DNA of 64,000 bases, taken from assembly GCF_009914755.1 (NCBI RefSeq), contig NC_060933.1; one strand, written 5' to 3'. This DNA is from the human T2T-CHM13v2.0 reference genome, Homo sapiens. The notes beneath the pieces were generated by a model, which worked only from the letters and a program-made list of their open reading frames with translations, had not been told where the DNA came from and ran no database searches. Of the stretch, positions 27,586 through 41,060 are shown piece by piece. Each line of letters starts with the position of its first letter. Within the stretch, counting starts at the first letter, position 1. The translations under genes were made by a program, and so were the position numbers.

Positions 27586-29629
27586 CTATCACTATTTGTT
27601 TCTATTTATTTGTGGCTATCGCTATTGGCTTCTATTTGTTTCTGCCCATTACAGAAAGGAAAGTCTTCTCAAAAATGGCTGTTATAATTTCTTGGGTTGA
27701 ATAAACCCAAAGAGGAAGAGTAAATACAGATGTCTCATTTCATACAATTCTCAGTTTAATTGAAAGACTTTAATCTTGCTAACTTCTGAATTTGACAACG
27801 CTTAATTGTGTAGATTCAAGCTTCCAAGCTCAAAGATTCTTGGCTAATGATAAGTATAAATATATGCCATGGAATACTACTCAGCCATAAAAACGAATGA
27901 AATGATGTCTTTTGCTGCAACTTGGATGGAACTGGAGGCCATTATTCTAAGTGAAGTAACATAGGAATGAAAAACCAAACACTATATATTCTCATGTATA
28001 AGTGGGAGCTAAGCCATGAGGATGCGAAAACATACAGAGTGATATAATAGACTGTGGGGACTTGGTGGGGTGTCAATTGAGAAGTGGGTGAGGGATAAAA
28101 GACAGCATATTGGGTACAGTGTACACTGCTTGGGTGATGGGTGCACTAAAATCTCGGCAATCCCCACTAAAGAATTCATCCATGTAACCAAAAAACACCT
28201 GTACTCCAAAAACTATTAAAATTTGAAAAAAAAAAAAGAAGCCATAAAGTGTTACAGAATGCTAAGGAATGTGCTTCTATTTGTTTCTGCCCATTACAGA
28301 AAGGGAACCCTTCCCAAAAATGGCTCTTATAATTTCTTGGGTTGAATAAGCCCAAGGACATAAATAGAGATATCTCATTTCATACAAGCCTCCATTTCAT
28401 TGCAAGACTTTAATCTGGCTAACTTCCAAATTTGACAATGCTTAGTTGTGTGGATTCAAGCTTCCAAGCTCAAGGATTCTTGGCTAACAATAATTTATTT
28501 GGTTGGGTTAACAGTTAAACCTGATGTGAACATTTACCCTTTGAAAGTACATATTTTCGTATTATAGTTTCCAAAGGGATCTGAGAAATTGTCCTTCCTG
28601 GACAGACCTCTCATCGTCCCCTCCATGTGATCAATAGAATGCAGTTTTCCAAGCAAAAGCTATATTTCTAAATCATTTAAGAAGAAACAAGTGGAAATTT
28701 AATTTTAAGCTGGACACTATTTTTTCCTGTTACAGTCAGCTCATTTTTCATGATTCTTTATTTTTCCCACCAGCATCTTTCACGTTAGTGTTTTAAGGAA
28801 GGAGTGTTTTATTGCCAAAGTCTTCACAACATGAAGGCCTACAAGCAGTTATAAAGATTGGGCTTAGATGATGTATATTAAAAGTGATAAATCATTTTCC
28901 AGCCTTTCATTACATTTTGTTTTCTCTGGATCCTTACCTCCTCTGACTCATGTACCTGGGCTGATGAATGCCCGTCTCTCCAGTTACACTGTAATCCAGG
29001 GCCTGTGTTTCATTTGCCTGCCAATAGTGATAGCCAATAAATTAATCATGCAACCACACAAGCCTTGCCATGCAGGCTGCTGCCAGCGTAAAACTGCCCA
29101 TCAAAAGCCTGCAACTCTGAATCTCCATTTATCTAGTACCCTCAAGACTCGCATCGTTCCCAGCAACTGGAGCTGCAAATGCTCATTTCTTCATAGGCAT
29201 GGGCTGGGAAAATGAGAGAAGGCTAATTAATGCATTCAAGAGATCCTACTGAATCAGCAAGCCCCTTAAAGGCACAACAGACACAAACAGGCAGCTGCAG
29301 CTCCTTGGGATTCAAAACAACAACAAAAGAGCTAGTTAAATATTTGAATAGCTAAAGTATATGTCTATTCATTCCCATGGAAATTGCTAAAATAGGCTGT
29401 CCTCCCATCTCCAGAGGAGTCAAAGTCATTGAAATCCCAAAGCCTTTTATCCTGTCAAACATGCCTTTGAAGAGCAGGACATTTACATCTCCATAACAGG
29501 CCAATTCAACATTAGTGGTAATAAAACTTGGGTGCATGAAAGGACTCCAGAATGTGGTACCCATTCACTCTGGCCTCTGGGGATGCAGAAGTAACTTTTT
29601 GAAAATAAGACTACTATTGCCCAATCCCT

Positions 29630-30160
29630 GTGTTAGTTTGGCATTTTATAGTTGCAAATGGTTTGAACAATAGTGGAGATTTATTGTTTCACATAAATAT
29701 ACCATCCAGGAGTAAATACAAGCTTGTATGTGGCTTGATGCAAGGCCCAAACACTGTGGCCAGGATCCATCTTTTGGCTCTTTTCCATTTGGGTGGCTCA
29801 ACTTGAAGACAAACATTTGTCTTATGGTTGCAGGACAGATGACTTTCATCCACTCTTGATGCTATATCCTCCAGATGCCCATCCAGCAGAAAAGAAAATT
29901 ACGGCTTATGTCAACCTTCGAACACACATCATAGACTTCGTTTTGATCAGGCCAGCTTTATGGTCACATGCTCATCCTTGAACAAATCAGTGTGGGCAGG
30001 GATTGGAATTATGTTGATTTATTTATGTCTGAGCCATTGGTTCCACCTTGAATCACATAGGTTGCCTGGGAGTTGGGTGAATAACCAAAGGAAAATCATT
30101 ACCAGTTGAGGAGGAGGAGGAGGAGGTGGATACTGGTTGGCAGTGAAAACAATAGACAAA
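29630..30160 (-). mobile_element. Old MLT1 (MaLR) LTR relic
   Basis: tgttagtttggcattttatagttgcaaatg...ggtcacatgctcatccttgaacaaatcagtgtgggcagggattggaatt. Confidence 0.6.
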
Positions 30161-30165
30161 TAAAC

Positions 30166-30375
30166 TATATTAGTCTGCTCAGGCTGCCATGACAAAAACA
30201 GACTGGGTGGCTTAAACAACAGACATTTATTTTCTCATAGTTCTGGAGGCTACAAGTCCATGATCAAGATGCTGGTTAGTTGGGTTCCTGGTGAGGGCTC
30301 TCTTCTTGGTTTGCCAATGGCCACCTTCTTGCTGTGTCCTCACATGGCCTTTTCTCTGTGGCTCCAGTAGAGAGG

Positions 30376-30406
<31 letters not shown>

Positions 30407-30585
30407 CTCAAGCATATGCTCTGGTGTCCATTCTTATAAGGACCCCAGCCCTACTGGATTAGGGACCTACCCTTGTGAACTCATTTACCTTAATTACTTC
30501 CTTAAAGGCCCTATCTCCAAATATAGTCACACTGAAGATTTCAACATATGAATTCTATGTGCACACAATTTAGTCCCCAATACAA
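30166..30585 (-). mobile_element. MLT1A-like MaLR solo LTR with internal (GA)n
   Basis: tatattagtctgctcaggctgccatgacaaaa...ggcttaaacaacagacatttatttt...aaaggccctatctccaaata. Confidence 0.88.
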
Positions 30586-33303
30586 ACAAAAATGATAATC
30601 CGCAGCTGTGCATCTCTGATTAATCCTGGTTTAGGTGTGATTTTATCCACTAGGAGTCCAGTTGTAGTTGTTTCTATGGAGTCTGAGAATAAATGTACCC
30701 AGGTAACTTCAAATGTACACTGTGAAGATCACCTAGTTATGTACCCAATCATGTTGTTTCTATTTACCAACTATGAATTTAGGGACCAAGAAGATTCCTG
30801 GAGACTGACATTTAGTTACGATTCTAGAACTATGAAAAAATTTGACAATCATCAGGCAAGAGACCTTTATGGAACTCATCTTTCAGTAGTGCCTTTAATG
30901 AAAACTTATGAGATCCACAAGAAAGCCGGAAGTCTGAGACTATAGAATCAGACCCTCTGACGTTTTGAATTATGGTGATGTGGCCCAGCTTAATCACTCA
31001 TGTATTCCAACATACCCGGCGCCAAATGATCTTTGAGCACGAAAAAAATCAAATTTTCTCTCCAATAATAAAGATTTGCATAATTGGTAAACTCTAGTAC
31101 ATTAATTCAAAGATAATTCCCCAAGGGGAGCTTTGAAAATATGGCAAAAATATGAGACATCATCTTTGGAATAAAGGTGTGGCCTTCTAAGGAGATGGCT
31201 TGTCAATATGAGTTAGAGTGACTTTTTATAAACTTCTTGCTTCCCTTTGTTGTAAACATTTATATATTACATATTGACATACACACCTACATATGCTTTA
31301 GAGACTACATATGTACTTTCTTAGGCATACATATTGGAGTCTTTTTATAAGATAAAAGGCCTATATTTTTATAGATGAGGCTGCTTTGCAATAAGATTCA
31401 CTTGGAACTTCACTATTACAGAAAAAGATAACCCTTAAAACAGAAAAGATGATTTCTCCTCCTGCTGCACATACAACACAGTTTGGCAGGGGGGACTCTA
31501 TTCATTTCAGTCTCTCAGGAACCCAGAACCTCATGATGCTGCCTTCTAAACACCAGGCTTCATAGTTCACTGTGGCAGGATGAAGAGGAAGCGAAAAACC
31601 CAGGACTGACTATTCAATTTTCTGCCTAGAAGTGCTGGGTCATTTCTGCTTACTTTTTCATTGGCAAAAGCAAGCACCATGGATCGGTGGGTGGGGGAGT
31701 CCAATTATCTTCTGGGCAAGGAAGGAGAGGCGAGAAGAGCAACATCTAACGTAATCATGGATCCGTGCTATACCAAATTTGGTTCTCAATTGAAGAATGC
31801 AATGGTGAAAAGTTGCAATCCATCCAAGATTTATTCATTTATTCATTCAGCTCTTTAGTATCTACAATGAACCAGGCACTGTACTCAATGCTAGAAATAC
31901 AGTGGGGAGACAAGACAGAAATATGTATTGCTTTTAAAGAACTTACAGTTTAGGAGGAGGTTACAAGTAAGTAGATAGCTAAAAATTCAGAGTGGGATGG
32001 AACTATGACAGAGAAAGAACAGGGTGCCTTGGAAATACAGAGAATGGGAGACACGACTAATGAATGTTCCTACGGTTGTCTATCTCTGAGCTTTACAATT
32101 CAGTCTCTACTATTTTGTGGGCATTTTATGTCCTATTTATAAAACCTTTCAATTAGAAATTGAGACATCTATTGAGTACCTACCATGTGGGAAGTGCCCT
32201 GCTTGATGCTGTTGTATCTTATGAAGCTTGCGGAAGAGAGTACGGAGTTGAATAAGACACTTTTCTTTTTCCCACACAGAGTGCTTAAAATCTAATAGGA
32301 GAAATAAGATTACATAAATAATGAATGCAGTGCAGAATGTGGTGTTTATCATAAGAGACAAAAAGCCCAAATGTCAATGGAGGTATTTCTGATTTGGGGA
32401 ATAAATAAATGCTTCATGATAAGAGTAACTTTTAATGTGAATTTTGTTGAATAAATGAGTTTAATGGTCAAAGACAAAGCATGGGGGTTACATGTCTGGT
32501 GGGGAAAAAAAAAACAAAAAAACAAAAACAAAACATCAAACGCAAAGACACCAAATCTGAAAGCTGCCTATAGGCAGAGAATGTGATTATTTTATTCTAC
32601 TCTCATTACATCCCCAGCATTTATCACACTGTCTTGCATCCATCAGGTGATCAATGAATAGTTTTCGAATGAATTAATAGGAAAATTTGAGGCATCTTTA
32701 TTAAAGGTATGCAAACTAATAGTTTAACTGGAATCTTAAGGTGAAATTAAGGTGATAAAGCTGGAGCCAGGTCATGGGGCCAGGTAAAGATTTTGAATGT
32801 TATTGAAGAGTTTGGACCTTATTATTCCCTTACCCCTATATTTACATAAACCATTATGTTCACCAAAGCTCACATGACCTCAAGACGGTCCAATCAGGTG
32901 GTCAGGACAGTAATTATTGCCCCACCCAATAGAGAGGAACTCAGAGACAGACTAAGTAATTATGGAGGTTATGTCAGGAAATAACGAATCTAAGACTCAA
33001 CACCCAAGGTAGTGCAAACTCTGTTTCTGTTCCTTTGTACTGCATTACCCCTCTGTTCTGAGGCAGAAACGCCCTTTTGGTGTTGGGAGCAGTAGAAAGA
33101 AATGACGCTGTCAGAGCTGTTTCTAAGATAAACTGGGAGAGAAAGGGGCTGGCAGCCAGGTCACTAGGGATGAGAACATTAAAATAATGTGGGAGAAGAC
33201 CAAACTGCTGTAGTGACCATGAGCATAGGCAGGCTAGGATTTCTTTTTAGCAGGGATAAAAGGTTTTAGCATAAATTCTACCCTTGTTGGTCAATACCTA
33301 GGT

Positions 33304-33510
33304 CAGGGTTTCGCAATCTCAGTACTGTTGACATTTGGGGCCTTGAATTCATTGTTGTGGAGACTGTCCTATGCATTGTCCCTGACCTCTGCCTGTTAGA
33401 TGCTCCTAGCACACACTCTCCACCCACCCCACCATTGTGACAGCCCCAAAATATCCCCCTGGCCAAATTTCCCCTGGGAGGCAAAAATCGCCCCCGTTTG
33501 AGAACCACTG
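33304..33510 (+). mobile_element. MER20 hAT-Charlie element
   Basis: Ends cagggtttcgcaa / ttgagaaccactg with MER20 internal motifs. 8-bp TSD acctagg(t/c) at 33296-33303 and 33511-33518. Confidence 0.9.
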
Positions 33511-35977
33511 ACCTAGGCAATCAATTTTGATTAGTTTCCAGAAAATCAGTGGACCCTAAAGAGCACATTGGGCATTTAGTGGGAAAACATCAAGGAAAGA
33601 AATGCAGTCTCATCTGATGGGTTTAGTTTCCTTCCACTGACAGTGTGCATGATGGCCCATAGTTAATTCGTTTGACCAGCATTGCATTTTAAATAATGGG
33701 TTTTCATTTTGTCCTATTTATGGTCATTTTATCCAATTATTTTTATTCAGCACCCAGCTTTATAAGTGTGTATAATCCTGTTATGTTCTATTCCATTATG
33801 GGAACTTCCTAACAGAAGAGTACACAGTAATACAATTAAATAAACATTTTGGCTATTGTGTTGGCCTCACACATTTCCTGACTTTGGCTGGATTCGAATG
33901 TGGTTATGGGATGGGAAGGGAGACAATGGGTCACTAAAAAGAAAGACAAAGGTGCTGAAAGGTGACATGAAACAGGTCACCATGGTTCCCAGATTGGTGG
34001 GAAGAATTCAGGTACCACTTAAAATGGAAAATATCCTGTAATGAGAATGGAGCTAAAAACCTTACCATTTTCTTCCTCCCTTCAAAATTCCATAATACAA
34101 TGGCAAAAAGTTTCCTGTGCGGTGCTTTGCATGAGCTACAACAAATGTTGGTCTAGAAGGACTAAAAAAAGAATTTGCATGTTTTATATATGTGAATATA
34201 AATAATGTAAGTATAAATATGAATATAACTATAAATACGTAGCAGAAATTGCAAAGGCGTTTCTAAACACATTTAATGTGGTAACAAAGCTTATGCAAGA
34301 AAGAATGGAGAGCACGGCCTTCCTTCACGCTGGGCTCACTTGGTGACTGGGCATAATGGACAGGTCTGGGCAAGTCAGCCAAGACGTGAGTCATTGTTTA
34401 GGTTTTCCTTGGAAACAAAAGCTCCTGGGAATTTGACATCAAGTGTTTGCCAGACTCTGCGGACTTGTTAGTCTCCTGCAGGGCCACTAACATCGCTTCT
34501 AAGATGATTCCCTGAGAATCAGCCAGCTTCCTCCGCAAAGACTTGCCCTGAGTGCTAACCAGCATGGCTTTGCAGAGAGAAGGGAATTTGGGACATGTCT
34601 CAGGGAGTCATTCATCCAACATTAAGACAGTGTTAACAGGGAAATTGTGTGTGTGCGCAACCAGACATCACCTGCCTTCCCTGCAGGGAGCTTCGACAGC
34701 TGAGAAAATGTTTATAAAGCATTTTGAGCTCTCACTGGGGTGGTACTGTAGAAAGGCAAATCTTTGATATGACTTTCTCACGTCTGTCAACTCTTATTAT
34801 TAAGCAGAGGTTGCCCCTGCCTTTCTCAAAGTTCCAATCATGGAAACTAATTATTAGGAGTTGCAGGTTCCATTTTTCACCTACCCAGTGAAGATTGTGA
34901 CCACCTCTGTTAAAGAAAAAATCTTTCTGGAATCTACAAGAGATGTAAAAAACTCAGTGTTGTATGTAGTTTAATTGGGAATGAATAAAATGTAGACTCA
35001 CTAAACTGCTTTTGAAATAGTCCACATGTACAAAACAAAAGAGAGAAATAGTTGGCAAGTTTCTTCTCAAAACTAAATGTTTGAAATATGTGATCAAGAC
35101 AGCTTGCTATGTTCCAGGCAAGTCTAATTTCATCTATTCCCACTTGAGGCTTCTGAACTTTATGGGATGTAAGGCTTTTATTTTTAAAATGCTGCAACAG
35201 AAGCTGATTAATTTTCAAATTAAAGCAATATCTGACCTCTAGTAAGTTTCCTGGCATATAGCAAGCATTCAATAAATACTGTTTTTTTTTTTTAATTGCT
35301 TTTGCAGAGCACTGGCCTTTTCTCTTAAGATGAGGATATAGTGGCCCCAAAGCCTCTGAGTATTATTTAGCAGGAGAAAATCTAGGCCGGTTGACTGAGT
35401 GCTTTTCCTTATATTGCACATGATCTCACATTCCCAAAATACCCAGGCTCAGGAAAGCTATATAAGGCCATGTGTCAATCTTCTCAGTCATATATGCCTA
35501 ATGTTTAGTCCTATAGACTTTGAGAACTTGAATAGGCCTCAGATGCCATTTCTCAAATTTTCTTTTATGGAGTAGGAAACAGAGTCCATGAAGGGGGAAG
35601 TGGCTCACTCAAGGTCATGCCGTTCACTTCTGGCAGTGTCTAGAGAGGGCCCACATCTTCTGACATTCTAGTCCAGCTCTTTATTCCACACTACTGCCTG
35701 GAGTGCTGGATTCTAAGAATTGCTCAGCTTTAAATACTGTCTTCAGTCATGTTCCATTGGAGAGCCACAAATCAGGAGAGTAGCAAATATATTTGCAAAA
35801 TACATAATGGTTTTTATGTTGTATGTATAATTTGCATATTGGCATTTTCATTACATTTGCTATATTTAATATTGTTACGCTTTTTCAAAATTGTTGTTCT
35901 CATCCATTCCACAAGTGTTTATTGAGTGTTTATGCAAAGCATTGGAGATAGTGGTAAATTACACAGACAAGATCCCT

Positions 35978-36375
35978 GTAGCAAATGCTGTTGGCGTCAC
36001 CCCCTGCCCGTGTCCTCTCAGCTCTCACCACCCCAGCACTTGACTGCAGAGTCTTGCTGCAACCACTCATGACTCTGCATAAGGACCTTCTCTGGGCTGG
36101 GGGTGGTGGCTCATGCCTATAATTCCAGCACTTTGGGAGGCCAAGGTGGGTGGATCATGAGGTCAGGAGATCAAGACCATCCTGGCTAACACGGTAAAAC
36201 CTCGTCTCTACTAAAAATACAAAAATTAGCCAGGTGTGGTGGCACATGCCTGTAGTCCTAGCTACTGGGGAGGCTGAGGCAGGAGAATTGCTGGAGGCAG
36301 AGGTTGCAGTGAGCTGAGATCGCACCACTGCACTCCAGCCTGGGCAACAGAGTGAGACTCTGTCTCAAAAAAAAA

Positions 36376-36407
<32 letters not shown>

Positions 36408-36736
36408 GAAACAAACAAAAAAAGGAGCTTCTCTTAGCTGGAAGCCTTCAGTCAATGACAGGTGGGAGTTGGAGGGTAAATGACCCAGCTTCCTCAGCTT
36501 TGGGATGGGATAACTCTAAGGTTCATTCTACTCCATCACTCCAAGTTCCCCAGGCATTTGAACTCCAGTTGTCCACAGTGTAACCCACTGGATAATGTAT
36601 CCATTACAGACTTCCTACCTCTTTTTGTTTCACTTCTTGACTACTCCTTTTGTGCTTCCTGGGATCTCTTCTTAGTAAACTACTTTTGCTTGAATCCTTA
36701 GTCAGGGTCTGTTTCTAGGGGAGCTGGTCTAAGTCG
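35978..36736 (+). mobile_element. LTR16-like ERVL solo LTR split by an Alu
   Basis: tcagtcaatgacaggtgggagttggagggtaaatgacccagcttcc...agtaaactacttttgcttgaatcctt...gggtctgtttctagggga. Confidence 0.75.
36095..36421 (+). mobile_element. Alu (AluSc8/AluY-like diagnostics)
   Basis: ggagatcaagaccatcctggctaacacgg, short right-arm deletion, A-rich tail. TSD aagga(c/g)cttctct at 36081-36093 and 36422-36434. Confidence 0.96.
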
Positions 36737-36959
36737 CTGGCTTCTTGAGGCTCAAATTCTAGAAAAGGATGCAGATAATAAACAACAAATCAATAAAAAA
36801 GGTCACATATGGGTACCTATTGAAAAGAATGAGATGATAGAGAGTGGAAAGGGGTTCAGAGAAATTCTGATTGAAGTGTGAAGTTGGGGTCCCTCTGATA
36901 GTGTGATATTTGACCTGAAACCTGAAAAACAAGAAGTAGTTATAAAAAAAGAGCCTGAG

Positions 36960-37429
<470 letters not shown>

Positions 37430-37714
37430 CTAAATGCAAGGAGAAACCGTTGGAGGATGTTAAGCAGGTGAATGCAATAATCTGATTTATACTTGAAAAT
37501 GGTTACTCTGGCAGCTCATGGGAAACAGATTGGGGGAGGAAAGAATGAAGCAGTGAGCTAAGTTAGAAGGCTACTGAAGAAATCTAGGTGAGAGATGATG
37601 GATGCTTTTCAGTTTCCAGACTCAACTGTTGATAGAGAACAGAAGTAAATAGAATACAAACACAGAGGACATACATGTTTATGTCTTCGTCTCTGTGGGT
37701 ATTTATATGTATTG

Positions 37715-37866
37715 AAGTGGTTCTTAGCATTTGGGGGTGAGAACTCTTTGAAAATCTGATGAAATCTGTGGATCTCCTCTCCAGGAAAATGCAAATGTGC
37801 ACCGACACACAATTTTAAATTTGTGCTGACAGGTTGGGAAGTCATGGAGTCAGTTAATAAAACCTC
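37715..37866. mobile_element. MER117-like hAT-Charlie element
   Basis: agtggttcttagc...tttgaaaatctgatgaaatctgtggatctcctctccaggaaaatgca. Confidence 0.6.
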
Positions 37867-40199
37867 AAGCATATTTTTTTTTTTTTTTTTGTCTACATCT
37901 GTTAGTAGGGATAGGCTCTCTATAATGGTAAGTAAGTGCCAAAGTGGATCACAGTTCAAACACATATTTTTGTTTATGGATAAGAATTGAAGGAAAGATA
38001 GCTCAGCATCATTGGCCCTCTGGTAGAAAGACTCTGAGATGCATTCTACTCTGTCTACGCCCACATAACAATACCAAGAGAATTCGTTGTTCCTTGAAAT
38101 TGCCCTGTGCTATCTTCAAGCCATAACTTCCAAGCTTGCCCTAGGTGTTATCTTAATTCTGGCCAGGTAGAAGGGAGTACACAGAGGAAGTCTTAATAGG
38201 CAAGGCCTGGAAGTGGGACCCATTGCTCTGCTCCCCTTCATTGACTAGAATTTAGCCATCTGGCCACAACTAACCACAAGGGAAGCTGGGAAATATCGTG
38301 TAGCTATTAGCCCAGCAGGGTGGGGAAAAAGGGAAATACGAATTTCAGAGAACAGTTAGGAGGTTCAGCCAAATACACACATTTTTCTTTATATTTGTCA
38401 CATAGGAGTTGCTCAGTGTTACATTTTTAGAGACCAGTGGAAATACCTCACATTGTAAGTTTGATGAAGGACAAGGGATGGAGCCAAGTGAAAGTTGGTC
38501 AGGAGGATACAATACCCTTTGTGTCATGATTTCCAGAACCAGTTTAACTCAAAGCAAGCTCTCTTCCTACACTGTGGAGATGGGGCTTTCTTTTATTAAG
38601 GATATGTCCTTAAGTAAAAGATTAAGATCAAATTGAAGTGGAAACTTGGCCCCAAACTACACTGTTCTGTGCCCGGAGGGACTGGAATTAATTTGAAGCA
38701 AACTATTACTCACCCCGATTATGTGCCAGTAGGAAAGGGAGATGATGATACTGTCAACAAGGCGAACTTTTGCATTCATTTTTTCTCACTCCAATGAGCA
38801 GTCATTCTAGATCTCAGATGTGACAGTTCATTGGCTACTCAGGCAAGCACTTGGCCTGTCTACTCTGGACTCAACTCTGGTCCATTCTCTCCCTGAAGCA
38901 AAGCAGCCCGGGGACTCCTCTTTCAAATGTCCTTTAGGGAGTGGGTGTGGGCCTAAGAAGTTGGAGGTGAAGTCCATTTTTATTAGTAAATCATATTTTA
39001 CCGTTTGATTCCATATTCCATGACAATGGTAAAGTCATTTTTCTTGGGGATGGAGGGTGGTGAGTCTTACCTTAAAACATAAAGAAATTACATTTGAGAA
39101 CATGGCAAATTTTAATTTCTTCAGCGTTAAAAGAGAGGAAAGCTGATTTTCTCTTAACATAGTAAAATGATTTTTCTGAAACTTAAAAATATCCAGAAGC
39201 TGTTCTCTCTTGAGATCAGAACCTTTCTAAGCCTCATATTTAATGTTTGCTCAATTCAGTACCTACAGGGAAGGTCAGGTTTCTTCCACGTTGCCTGTTC
39301 CCAGCTCCTTCCTCTGATTCTCTCATTTACATCATAAATCTTCCTTTTCAACCCCCTATGTTTTAGCTCTTTCCTTTAAGAGAAATTTGAAAAAGTGTTT
39401 TTTTTTTGCCATTTATTTTATTTAATTTGAATTCCATCTTAGAGTTGTTAATGTGTTTACATGCTATTTTTTCCTACATTCCTTCTCTCCGGTCAGGGAA
39501 AATGTTGAGCTTTCTTCAACATGAGATGGATTTAATTGGTTAATTTCATAATTTAGAGTCTTTCTTGGTCTACATTCCAAAAGGAGGGGATTCTTTAAGC
39601 TCAGTACAGCTACATTTACTTTTGAAGGAGCCCTTTATTTTGCAGTGAATAAAGTGTCTCTTATTAAACAGAAAATAAAAGAAGGTTTGGCAGGACTCTA
39701 CTCCCCATGGATGAAACATCACAGGAAATTGAGAAATTGTTTCTTTTTGGCCTTGTGGGAAAATTTTGCTTGTGAAATTTAGTGTTAAAGTTTTAAGACG
39801 ACTGCTTAAATCCATCAAGAAAGAGCTGTTGAATGAATAACAGCTTCTAGGGAAGAGGTGCCAACCTGACCTTTCTATATCTGGTCTTTTAAGTGTTTGA
39901 GGAAGTGTGCGGTATGATCAAGAAGATTGTATTCTCTCCTACATAATGACTGAGTTAATTTTAAACAGAACTTAGACATAGTTCATCAATTTAAGAATAA
40001 TTTTGTCAAAAGTTGGCCTCAGCTGGGTGCTCCTTCATTTGTGCCTATAAGACAGGGCATTGTACAGGCCCAAATGAGAAACGAATCCTAGGTAGAGAGT
40101 CCAGTTTCCATTCTCAGATTGATCTATGGGCTCTAGAATTTTGATACGAAGCCTGTGTCTTGAGCTTCAGACCATCCTGCCAACTGAGGGTGTTGCCTT

Positions 40200-41060
40200 C
40201 CATTTTCTTCACATAGGCACCTTGTTTGAAATTTGTGGCTAAAACCCATGTTCTTGGTTTGACTCCTAAATCTGTTTTCCTTCTAAGTTCCTTAGGGACT
40301 CTGTGGGCAGCATAACCACATACTTAGTTGTCCAAATCTGAAACCTTCATTGTTTTCTCTCCACACTCCCCTCAATTTGCAATCAATCACCAAGTTCTGC
40401 TACTGTCCCTAAATATGCCTGCAGTCATCTCCTTTCTTTCACCTTCCCCTTCCCCAATACCCAGTTCAGGCCACAATTCTCTCATGCCTTGATTTCTCTA
40501 AAAACCTCCTTAACCAATCTCTTGCCTTAATTTTTTTCCTCCCATAATCCTGATTTCACCCTGCAGCCAAAATGATTTCTCTAAAATTAATCTTTACAAT
40601 GTTACTTCCTGGCCTGAGTGTTTTTTTTGTTTGTTTGTTTGTTGTTTTTTTGCCTAACTGTGCGATTTTCACTATAATATCCAAACTCTTGACTTGGCCC
40701 TTACTTGTACTTCCCATTTCCCTCCCCCAACCCCCCTTCCAGCTGCATCAGCCTCTGGACACATTCAGCACTTCTCACCTTAGCCAGAGCTGTATTCTGA
40801 GTGCAGTCAGTGTTCCTTCCTCTGCTCTTTCCCATTCTTGGCTAATTCTAATCTATTTTCTAGAAATCCTCTGAGCCCTCTTTCTCGAGCCGCCTCCCAA
40901 CCCTCCGTTGGAATAGAGGCTTCTTTTCTGTGCTCACACACCCTGGACTGACTTCTTGGATGGCTCATCCTCCACCGAGAGCTTCTCAAGTGCCGCTTTG
41001 CAGCTCATTTCTCTTTGAAGACTGTTCTGCCTGATAAATAAATAAATGAGAATGAATAAC
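40200..41060 (+). mobile_element. L2 LINE fragment
   Basis: aatcaatcaccaagttctg...ttcaggccacaattctctcatgcc...caccctgcagcca, ending ataaataaataaatgagaatgaat. Confidence 0.6.

Larger units (their letters stand above)
26910..28235 (+). mobile_element. 5'-truncated L1PB element with two internal non-native insertions
   Basis: L1 ORF2-end/3' UTR sequence and poly(A) tail. 19-bp TSD aagaagc(t/c)ataaagtgtta at 26891-26909 and 28236-28254. Confidence 0.92.
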
